Of a stretch of DNA of 35,777 bases, positions 28,021 to 35,375 are shown in pieces. The notes below the pieces were generated by a model, which worked only from the letters and a program-made list of their open reading frames with translations, was not told the origin of the DNA and did not search any database. The DNA is taken from positions 1 to 35,777 of IMG/VR virus record IMGVR_UViG_3300011339_000663; one strand, 5' to 3'. The stretch is from a virus. Taxonomy: Duplodnaviria > Caudoviricetes. Position 1 is the stretch's first letter, and the number at the start of each line of letters is the position of its first letter. The position numbers were made by a program, and so were the translations under genes.

Positions 28021-28063
28021 GTTTGGTTATGTTTTGAACTTGTGCTGCTCCGTTGCAGTGAGA

Positions 28064-28094
28064 CAAAAGTAATACTTGTTTTTTTATCTGCAAA
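28064..28094 (-). promoter_or_regulatory. Consensus Bacteroidota sigma-A promoter TTTG-N19-TACTTTTG
   Basis: Exact -33/-7 consensus with 19-nt spacer. Confidence 0.75.
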
Positions 28095-28111
28095 TATATC
28101 TGCAAAAATAA

Positions 28112-28474
28112 TTAAGTTTTTTTTCGGTATAGCCTCCCATGCTTCAATAACACATGATTTTGCTTGGAATCAACTATCATCATTTTTCCATCCTGCTCCT
28201 CCAGATGTAGCCTGTGCCATACCTTTTGAAAGTGATCAACAGTCAGATTATACTTTGACTTGTAGGCCTCATAAGTCAGTCTCTCCTTCTTTGGCCTTGT
28301 GCCTTTGATTGAGAGAATCTCCTTGACCATTGCTTGGTTATACTCATTCACAAGCACCCAAGGCTTGCTATAACCCTCCATTGGAATCATGGCAAAGCAA
28401 TCTTTGTATCTGCTGAACCTGTGCTGGGGAATGTTAAACTTCCGGCAGAAGTCACTCATTTTTAAAAAAGTCAT
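28112..28474 (-). CDS. Basic protein with two HTH-like internal repeats
   Basis: DFCRKFNI.../AYKSKYNL... duplicated pattern. Confidence 0.6.
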   Translation of the reverse strand: MTFLKMSDFCRKFNIPQHRFSRYKDCFAMIPMEGYSKPWVLVNEYNQAMVKEILSIKGTRPKKERLTYEAYKSKYNLTVDHFQKVWHRLHLEEQDGKMMIVDSKQNHVLLKHGRLYRKKT

Positions 28475-28492
28475 AGTTTCAATTTCTTGGCT

Positions 28493-28508
28493 TAGGTTTG
28501 CAAATGTA
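28493..28508. promoter_or_regulatory. Two abutting -7 elements on opposite strands (TAGGTTTG +, TACATTTG -)
   Basis: TAGGTTTGCAAATGTA in the divergent intergenic region. Confidence 0.55.
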
Positions 28509-28522
28509 ATTGCAAGAAATTT

Positions 28523-28972
28523 ATGGCAGGATTCTATTTTGAATTATTACACAATAAAACACTCATTGACCTAACCGGTGGATTCAAGAAGTATGTCGGC
28601 AAAGAGGATGACTTTCAGAAGTCTGTTGCCAAATATCTTGACAACATTCAAGCCACTTGGTTTCATTGTCCAAATGGAGGCAGTAGGAATGCCATAGAAG
28701 CCAGCAAACTGAAAGGGATGGGAGTTAAGCCAGGAGTGCCTGACTGCCTTATCCTTGATCAATTAAAAGGATTCTCAGGATTAGCCATAGAATTGAAGGT
28801 GGGTTACAATAAACCATCAGAGCAACAGTTGTCATTTCTTGATAAGTTAGTGGCTCAGAATTGGCTTGTGATTGTCTCATGGTCACTTGATGAGGTTATT
28901 ACTGTCCTTGATTGGTATTACAACATAAATCAGAAAAATGAAGATAAATCAGAAAGGCTTTTGGGAGAATAA
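28523..28972 (+). CDS. VRR-NUC domain nuclease
   Basis: FHCPNGG, GVKPGVPD, IELK, SEQQ..F. Confidence 0.9.
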   Translation: MAGFYFELLHNKTLIDLTGGFKKYVGKEDDFQKSVAKYLDNIQATWFHCPNGGSRNAIEASKLKGMGVKPGVPDCLILDQLKGFSGLAIELKVGYNKPSEQQLSFLDKLVAQNWLVIVSWSLDEVITVLDWYYNINQKNEDKSERLLGE

Positions 28973-29489
28973 GACCTCAGAAGGTCATCACCATGATAAG
29001 AGGTTGGCAACTGCTATCCTTGCCATGCTCAAGAAGGATGAATGCAAGACACTGGTAGACTTTGGCTGTGGCATGGGTTACTATCCTGAGCAGTTCAGGC
29101 TTGCTGGAATCTATTGTCAGGCTTATGATGGCAATCCAAACACCTATGCACTAACATTAGGCACTGGCAGAACGCAGGACTTGTCTGTTGAGTTTGACCT
29201 TGGTGAGAAGTTTGATTGTGTCTTATCCCTTGAGGTTGGGGAGCATATACCGGCAGAATTTGAGAGCATTTACTTAGACAACATTGCCAAGCATGCAAAA
29301 GGCATGATTATTCTTTCATGGGCAGTGCCTGGGCAGAAAGGTGATGGGCATGTCAATTGCCAAACAAATGAATATATCATTGACCAAATGCATCTGAGAG
29401 CCTACACACTTGATGAAGTAGCTACTAAGGCACTCCGCAATGCATCAAGCCTGTGGTGGTTTAAAAACACCATTATGGTTTTCAAATAA
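28938..29489 (+). CDS. Class I SAM-dependent methyltransferase
   Basis: LVDFGCGMG motif I; FDCVLSLEVGEHI; GHVN. Confidence 0.88.
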   Translation: MKINQKGFWENKTSEGHHHDKRLATAILAMLKKDECKTLVDFGCGMGYYPEQFRLAGIYCQAYDGNPNTYALTLGTGRTQDLSVEFDLGEKFDCVLSLEVGEHIPAEFESIYLDNIAKHAKGMIILSWAVPGQKGDGHVNCQTNEYIIDQMHLRAYTLDEVATKALRNASSLWWFKNTIMVFK

Positions 29490-29554
29490 TTTATTTTGAT
29501 TGTTGCCTAAATTGGTTTTTTATTTGCAAAAAAATAATCTAACCAATTAAGAAA

Positions 29555-29812
29555 ATGAGCCAAGAACTATTAGACAAGCTTGCCGAGTGCAAACGCATTG
29601 CTGACAATCACCGAAGGGCAAGAGACTATCACAAGGAGCAGAATGCCAAGGTCAAGGCAATCAATCAGGATCATCTGCTAAAGTTAAATAATGCTAATCA
29701 GGATTACATGAAGCTTCAGAAGGAGTTTTATTACTGGCGGTCTGTAACTTTTGCCATCACTTGCTTTGCATTAGCCATGACTGTTCTATTTTTTCATTGT
29801 GTACGGAAATGA
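29555..29812 (+). CDS. Coiled-coil protein with C-terminal TM
   Basis: ORF with A-rich leader. Confidence 0.65.
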   Translation: MSQELLDKLAECKRIADNHRRARDYHKEQNAKVKAINQDHLLKLNNANQDYMKLQKEFYYWRSVTFAITCFALAMTVLFFHCVRK

Positions 29813-30114
29813 AAAACGATTTTAGCAAGTTCACCTGCTTCGTTCGGGGCATAATAGAGACAGGATTTGTCATCAAGCATTCTGACAAGGCTCTAAGGCA
29901 TGATGTGAAGCTGCACTTCAATAGGCTTCTCCATCACTCTGTAGAGTTTGAGAAGTTCCTGCACCAGCAGTTAGGCAAGGACATGGCAGAGGCAGAGGAT
30001 ACAATTAACAGCTCAATCATTGATCTTGTGTGGCAGATATTTGATATGGAAGAAGAAGAGGTCAATAGGTTCATTGATTACATCAATAATTTTGATGACC
30101 ATTTGAAAAAGTAA
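29809..30114 (+). CDS. Hypothetical protein
   Basis: ATG 29809 in ATGA overlap with upstream stop. Confidence 0.7.
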   Translation: MKNDFSKFTCFVRGIIETGFVIKHSDKALRHDVKLHFNRLLHHSVEFEKFLHQQLGKDMAEAEDTINSSIIDLVWQIFDMEEEEVNRFIDYINNFDDHLKK

Positions 30115-30123
30115 TTATATTTG
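30091..30123 (+). promoter_or_regulatory. Promoter TTTG-N21-TATATTTG for the replication operon
   Basis: -33/-7 consensus. Confidence 0.7.
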
Positions 30124-30136
30124 CATGTCGAAAGAC

Positions 30137-30235
30137 CGCTGTGTAGGAGCAGTGTTTATGAAATTTACTTAATGTCCTTTGTCCGCTTAGTAAGGTCTCC
30201 TACCCTGAACGGCGAACAAAGGATTTTTTGTTTTT
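30137..30235 (+). ncRNA. Structured 5' leader: two hairpins with complementary loops plus U-tract
   Basis: Loop GTAGGAG (30143-30149) complements CTCCTAC (30197-30203); stem TCCTTTGT/ACAAAGGA. Confidence 0.6.
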
Positions 30236-30907
30236 ATGAAAACTTCAAGAGATTCAATGGTAATCTATCGCAGCTTTTATGATGCTATAAAAGAACTGCC
30301 TGAGAAAAATCAATTAGAGATTTTAAAGCAAATATTTGAGTTTGGGCTTGATGGAATCGAGTCTGAATTGACTGGTTTATCTAAGACTATTTGGATTCTT
30401 ATTAAGCCAAATTTAGAGGCTAATAGAACTAAGTGGGAAAGCGGATGCAAAGCTAAACAGAAGCAAAAGCGAAGCAAAACAGAAGCTAAACCGAAGCTAG
30501 AACGAAGCGAAACCGAAGCTAATGTAGATGTAGATGTAGATGTAGATGAAAATGAGGATGTAAATGATAATGAAAATGATGATGAAAAGAATAATGTAAA
30601 ACCTAAAAAGGAAAAATTTGATTTTTCAGAATATGGCGAATTTGAACCTTTAGTTAAAAAATGGGATGATTATAAAAAGTCTATCAAGGATGGTTATAAG
30701 TCTCAACAAAGCCTAAATAGTTTTCTAAAAAAGCTTAAGGAACTTTCAGGTGATAATATCTTAATTGCTGATTCAATAATTGAGCAATCAATCGCTTTTC
30801 AATGGAAAGGTATTTTTACCTTACAAAACAAAAAAGAGGCTTCCACATTTGTTCCGGCCGAAAGTAGGCCAGTTAGAGTTCACGAATCTTACCAAACAAA
30901 CATATGA
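30236..30907 (+). CDS. Replication initiator / replisome organiser (DUF6291-type N-terminus)
   Basis: RDSMVIYRSFYDAI N-terminus; repetitive linker; IIEQSIAFQWKGIF C-terminus; upstream of DnaB. Confidence 0.8.
   Translation: MKTSRDSMVIYRSFYDAIKELPEKNQLEILKQIFEFGLDGIESELTGLSKTIWILIKPNLEANRTKWESGCKAKQKQKRSKTEAKPKLERSETEANVDVDVDVDENEDVNDNENDDEKNNVKPKKEKFDFSEYGEFEPLVKKWDDYKKSIKDGYKSQQSLNSFLKKLKELSGDNILIADSIIEQSIAFQWKGIFTLQNKKEASTFVPAESRPVRVHESYQTNI
30449..30525 (+). repeat. Seven tandem 11-bp iteron-like repeats (GAAGCWAAACN), putative origin
   Basis: Units start at 30449, 30460, 30471, 30482, 30493, 30504, 30515. Confidence 0.8.
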
Positions 30908-32232
30908 ATTTCACAAACGAAGAATTAGAGAGGCAAGTCCTTTCAGCAATGATGATTTATGATGAGGAAAGGCTTACTGCCTTCTCAATCATTCCGAGTG
31001 TTGATGTCTTCCAGCTTGAGGCCAACAAGGTAATTGCAAAGGCTATCCAAGCCCAGCAAGATTCCGGAGAGCCTGTGAACCTTGAGACAATTGCCATGAC
31101 CTTGAAAAGATCAGGCTTACTCAAGGAAGCTGGAGGAGTAAAATATATCACAGCAGTTTTTACAAGCCTTAAGCAACCAGGTCATATTGAAATTCATTGC
31201 CGGATGTTAGTTGAGCAATACATGAGGCAAAAGTTTCTTTACATAGCAACCGAGATGCTTACTAAGGCAAACTCTGACTCAGGTGATATTTTTGAACTAA
31301 TTACTGAGATGCAAGGCAAGACTGATAGCCTGCTGACTTCAACCGTGAATAAGTCAGATGATAACTTTCAAACTCAGCTTGATATCTCATCTGAAATGTG
31401 GTTCAATAAGGCAGCCGGAACAATTGCTGGATATTCAACAGGCATATCTTCACTTGACAAACTTTGCGGAGGTCTAACAGATTCAGAATTGACTGTTGTA
31501 GGTGCAAGACCAGGGCAAGGAAAGACTGCACTTGTGGTAAGCCTTATGCGTAACTTAGTAAAGCAGGGAATTGGATGTGGCCTATTCTCACTTGAAATGA
31601 GCAAGCATGAACTTTGCCAAAGGCTTGCCAGCCAAGAGTCTCAGGTGTATGCTTTTAAAATTAAGCAAGGAGATATGAACACTTTGGATAAGGATGCTCT
31701 CAAGCAAGCTGTAAGCCGGATGAAGGAATGGAACATTAAGATTTGCGATGATGGCAACATGAACATCCGAAAAATTAGAACCAAGGCCACCATGTGGAAA
31801 AACAAGTACAACATCAAGGTCATCTTTGTGGATTACATTGGCCTTATTGAGTCTGTCAATCCTAAAGAGACAAACCGAGTGAACATTGTAGGTGAGATTT
31901 CAAGAGGCCTTAAGCTTCTTGCCAAAGAGCTTCAAATTCCAGTTGTGGCACTTAGCCAATTATCAAGGAGAGTAGATGAGAGGCTTGACAAGATGCCTTT
32001 GATGTCTGACCTTAGAGAGTCCGGTTCAGTAGAGCAGGATGCTGATGTAATTTGGATGATGATGAGGCCAGCATTTTACTTTGACCCATCAGCCAGTACT
32101 AAAGTGGGCAATCTTGAATTATCAAACCAAGACCTTTGCCTGATTGATCAGGTCAAGATGCGTTCAGGTTCAACCGGAGTAATACCTTTGCGTTTCGATG
32201 GGGCATTAATGAGACTCAGGAACTATGAATAA
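30904..32232 (+). CDS. dnaB: Replicative DNA helicase
   Basis: GARPGQGKT, FSLEM, VDYIGL, LSQLSR, SDLRESGSVEQDAD. Confidence 0.97.
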   Translation: MNFTNEELERQVLSAMMIYDEERLTAFSIIPSVDVFQLEANKVIAKAIQAQQDSGEPVNLETIAMTLKRSGLLKEAGGVKYITAVFTSLKQPGHIEIHCRMLVEQYMRQKFLYIATEMLTKANSDSGDIFELITEMQGKTDSLLTSTVNKSDDNFQTQLDISSEMWFNKAAGTIAGYSTGISSLDKLCGGLTDSELTVVGARPGQGKTALVVSLMRNLVKQGIGCGLFSLEMSKHELCQRLASQESQVYAFKIKQGDMNTLDKDALKQAVSRMKEWNIKICDDGNMNIRKIRTKATMWKNKYNIKVIFVDYIGLIESVNPKETNRVNIVGEISRGLKLLAKELQIPVVALSQLSRRVDERLDKMPLMSDLRESGSVEQDADVIWMMMRPAFYFDPSASTKVGNLELSNQDLCLIDQVKMRSGSTGVIPLRFDGALMRLRNYE

Positions 32233-32470
32233 CATAAGCATCAGCCAAGTGCCTTCTATGTGGGAAGGCATTGCAACCTATGAGAATAATTTGTTTTACA
32301 TTCAACCCAAACAACAGATGACAGTCCAAGACATCAGATTCTTCCTGAATCGCAAGTGCAAGCAACTTAGAGCCAAACTTGAGTATAACCTTACTCCTGG
32401 TTATCAATCTCGTTGGCAGAACCAACTTGACCTCTATGAGTCAATTCTAAAACACTTACCTTTGCAGTAA
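32225..32470 (+). CDS. Hypothetical protein
   Basis: Overlaps dnaB stop. Confidence 0.6.
   Translation: MNNISISQVPSMWEGIATYENNLFYIQPKQQMTVQDIRFFLNRKCKQLRAKLEYNLTPGYQSRWQNQLDLYESILKHLPLQ
32457..32464 (+). promoter_or_regulatory. -7 element TACCTTTG upstream of the packaging operon
   Basis: Exact TAnnTTTG match 19 nt before ATG 32484. Confidence 0.55.
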
Positions 32471-32483
32471 ACAAGTTAAAGCT

Positions 32484-32630
32484 ATGCCACTAAAAAAAGG
32501 ATATTCGGCTAAAACGATTAGCAAGAACATAAAGACAGAAATGAAATCAGGCAAGCCTCAGAAGCAAGCCGTAGCAATTGCTCTTTCTGTGGCTAAGAAA
32601 GCCAAGAAAGCAGCTAAGAAAATGAAATAA
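32484..32630 (+). CDS. 48-aa basic protein MPLKKG...QAVAIAL (not in ORF track)
   Basis: ATG 32484 to TAA 32628-32630; motif typical of small phage proteins near terminase. Confidence 0.8.
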   Translation: MPLKKGYSAKTISKNIKTEMKSGKPQKQAVAIALSVAKKAKKAAKKMK

Positions 32631-32668
32631 TTAACCACAAAACTAAGGCTGAAAGGCCGGTACAAATT

Positions 32669-33139
32669 ATGGCAGCACCGAAAGGAAATCAATGTTGGAT
32701 GTTAAGACTCAAGCATGGCCTTGATGGGAAGTTTAAAACTCCTGAGGAGATTCTTGAGAACTTTGAGCAGTATGTGCAGTGGGCAGAAGAGACTCCACTG
32801 ATTGAGGTAGACTTTAGAGGAAAGGATGCAACAGAGGTAAGATTGCCTAAAATGAGACTGCTTACTAAAGATGGTTTTGCTCTTGCTTGTGGCTTTGCGT
32901 CATGGGGAACATTATCAGTCTATAAGAATAAAAGTCAAGATTTCGCTAAGGTCTTTACACGCATAGAGCAAGCCATCTACACAAGCAAGCTGGAAGGGGC
33001 TGCAAGTGGCTTCTTTAATCACAACATCATTGCAAGGGACTTGGGCTTGATGAACCAGGAGCAAGTGAATATGCAGGTCAGTGAGGTGATTAAGCCTACC
33101 AGCCTCAAGAAAAGAAAATCGGAGGACAGAGTTGGCTAA
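32669..33139 (+). CDS. terS: Terminase small subunit (P22 gp3-like DNA-packaging protein)
   Basis: MAAPKGNQ.W; GAASGFFNHNIIARDLGL. Confidence 0.9.
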   Translation: MAAPKGNQCWMLRLKHGLDGKFKTPEEILENFEQYVQWAEETPLIEVDFRGKDATEVRLPKMRLLTKDGFALACGFASWGTLSVYKNKSQDFAKVFTRIEQAIYTSKLEGAASGFFNHNIIARDLGLMNQEQVNMQVSEVIKPTSLKKRKSEDRVG

Positions 33140-33539
33140 GCTTGACCTGTCAGATGCTGACCTTTGGCAGCATAAGTATCTTGATGCAGTAACTGACCCA
33201 AAGACATATAATATCCTTTGGGGCGGGGCAGGATGCTTTTATTCAAAGCAAAAAGTAGTAACTAATTTGGGTTCTAAGTTGATTTCTGAAATTAAAAATG
33301 GGGACTTAGTTCTATCCTATAATCATAAGCTTTTATCTTATGAATTTAGGCCAGTCCTAAAAACATTTAAGTATAATGACCATTCAGATAGACTAATTGA
33401 AATAAAAATGAAGGATGGCACAATCATTAAGGTAACTGAAAATCATAAATTCTTTTTGGGTGGTCAGTATCGGCATATCAAAGATATTTTGTTAGATTTA
33501 CAGAATGGAAAAGATATGGAAAACAATACCAGGATATAG
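33132..33539 (+). CDS. terL: TerL N-extein (34 aa) fused to N-terminal split-intein half (101 aa)
   Basis: ILWGGAG|CFYSKQKV block A (Cys at 33234); VTENHKFF block B; stop at 33537-33539. Confidence 0.9.
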   Translation: MAKLDLSDADLWQHKYLDAVTDPKTYNILWGGAGCFYSKQKVVTNLGSKLISEIKNGDLVLSYNHKLLSYEFRPVLKTFKYNDHSDRLIEIKMKDGTIIKVTENHKFFLGGQYRHIKDILLDLQNGKDMENNTRI

Positions 33540-34017
33540 CCGCTATAAAGCAAGTTCTGATGGTGAAATTTATACTCCTAACTGGAAAGGAGGCAAAACT
33601 GGAAGCATTATGAAACCTGCCTTAGATGGCAATGGATATTTTAGAACAATGTTAGTTGATGATGAAGGAAGAAATAGAACAATTAAAGTTCATCGAATTA
33701 TTGCACAAACATTTATTGAAAATCCTGAAGAACTAAAAGAAGTAAACCATCTGAATGGAAACAAGGCAGATAACAGGTTATGCAATCTTGAATGGGTAAG
33801 CCATCAACAAAACATTAGGCATTCTTTTGATAATGGATTACAAAACAACAGAGGAGAAAATAATCCTATAAGTAAATTGACTGAACAAGATGTACTTGAA
33901 ATTCGGTCTAAGTTTAAGCCAAGGTTATATGGTAGAAAAAAGTTAGCTGAAGAATATCAAGTTAAAGCCTCTACCATTAAAGATGTTGTTTTAAGAAAAT
34001 CATGGATGCACATATAA
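33505..34017 (+). CDS. NUMOD4-HNH homing endonuclease
   Basis: WKTIPGY.RY..SSDG (NUMOD4); VHRIIA..F, VNHLNGNKADN...NLEW..N (HNH); C-terminal HTH. Confidence 0.93.
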   Translation: MEKIWKTIPGYSRYKASSDGEIYTPNWKGGKTGSIMKPALDGNGYFRTMLVDDEGRNRTIKVHRIIAQTFIENPEELKEVNHLNGNKADNRLCNLEWVSHQQNIRHSFDNGLQNNRGENNPISKLTEQDVLEIRSKFKPRLYGRKKLAEEYQVKASTIKDVVLRKSWMHI

Positions 34018-35375
34018 TTGACATTAGTCAAATTGAATCGTGGTCTTATGTAGATTTTGAACCTGTTTATGATTTTGAAGTTGAAGAAAATCATAATTAT
34101 TGTTTACAAACGGAAAGCAACAGTTCTATTTTAGTTCATAATTCAGGCAAGAGTCAGACAATGATTCAGCTTCTGCTGGCCGAGATATGCGACCATAAGG
34201 CCAATCAGTTTCAAACTTACTTTGTCATCCGCAAAGTGGCCTCAACCCTAAGAAATTCAGTCTTTGCCGACTTTCAGAACAAGATTACTGAATGGGGCTT
34301 GAATAAACTATGCCGGGTTAAGACTGGTTACTTAGAGATTCAATCAGGAGGAAACAAGATTGTCTTCCTTGGTTGTGATGATCCTGAGAAACTCAAGTCA
34401 CTGAGCCAAGCCAAGTATATTTGGATTGAGGAGGCAACAGAATTAACTCTTGAGGATTTCACACAAATCACATTGAGGCTTCGGGGCAAGTCAGACCATC
34501 CTAAGAGATTCTTCTTGACATTTAATCCGGTATCAGATAGTCATTGGATTAAAAAGAGATTCTTTGATGATGTGCCAGCTAAAGAAGTCAATGATGTGCT
34601 AAGGCTTCATGGAACTTATCTTGATGCTTTAGACTTTCTTGATGACCAATACCCTGTCAGGATGGAGGCACTAAGGGCAGTGAGTCAGACTTACTATGAG
34701 GTTTATGCATTGGGGCAGTGGGGAGTTTGGGATAGGGATAGCCTATTCGTAACAAGCTTTGACTACAGTCATCATGTCTATGGTGGATATATCAAAGCAT
34801 CACCTAACCATGACCTTTACCTATCTTTTGACTTTAATGTGACCAACACATGTGTAGTAAGTCAGTTCATCAAGTATGGCTATGATGCCGACCATTATGC
34901 CAATATTAATGTCCTCAAGGTTTATAGAGTCGGTGATCTTAGCACTCTTTGCCAAACAATCAAACAGGACTATCCAAACATGAACTATGTCATCAATGGT
35001 GATGCATCCGGTGCTGCTCGTAATGCATTCACTCAAGGCAACATCAGTGCCTACTTGATGATTAAGAACTACCTAAATATTGTAGATATGCAGCTTCAAG
35101 TGCCTAAGGTTAATCCTTCACACATTGCCAGTAGGCTCATCACCATTCTACTATTTCAAAAGGCAAAGATTAAGATAAGCGAAAAGAGTTGTGCCAATCT
35201 AATCACAGACCTTAAGGAAGCTAAGGTGGACAGGATTGGAAGCCTTGATCCTTGGAAGAATAAGAACCCGGATAAGTCTCATGCATTAGATGCTTTCCGT
35301 TATTTTATTTTCTCTAATTTTGCAGAAATCACCAGCAACTTCAATCTCGAAAAGTATGGCACAATGCTGCAATAA
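34002..35375 (+). CDS. terL: C-terminal split-intein half (47 aa) fused to TerL C-extein (410 aa, PBSX-type)
   Basis: VYDFEVEENHNY block F; ILVHN|SGKS block G; Walker B IWIEEA; nuclease HALDAFRY. Confidence 0.93.
   Translation: MDAHIIDISQIESWSYVDFEPVYDFEVEENHNYCLQTESNSSILVHNSGKSQTMIQLLLAEICDHKANQFQTYFVIRKVASTLRNSVFADFQNKITEWGLNKLCRVKTGYLEIQSGGNKIVFLGCDDPEKLKSLSQAKYIWIEEATELTLEDFTQITLRLRGKSDHPKRFFLTFNPVSDSHWIKKRFFDDVPAKEVNDVLRLHGTYLDALDFLDDQYPVRMEALRAVSQTYYEVYALGQWGVWDRDSLFVTSFDYSHHVYGGYIKASPNHDLYLSFDFNVTNTCVVSQFIKYGYDADHYANINVLKVYRVGDLSTLCQTIKQDYPNMNYVINGDASGAARNAFTQGNISAYLMIKNYLNIVDMQLQVPKVNPSHIASRLITILLFQKAKIKISEKSCANLITDLKEAKVDRIGSLDPWKNKNPDKSHALDAFRYFIFSNFAEITSNFNLEKYGTMLQ

Noticed and set aside
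28938-29489. DNA methyltransferase
   Set aside because: No DPPY/NPPY or PCQ catalytic motif; resembles small-molecule or glycan methyltransferases
30449-30590. CRISPR array
   Set aside because: Short tandem units with no spacers and no cas genes
33132-33539. terL pseudogene fragment
   Set aside because: All intein catalytic residues are present and the exteins join exactly to restore Walker A
33505-34017. Group I intron carrying the HNH gene
   Set aside because: The HNH ORF overlaps both intein-coding halves, leaving no room for intron core elements; protein motifs explain the junctions
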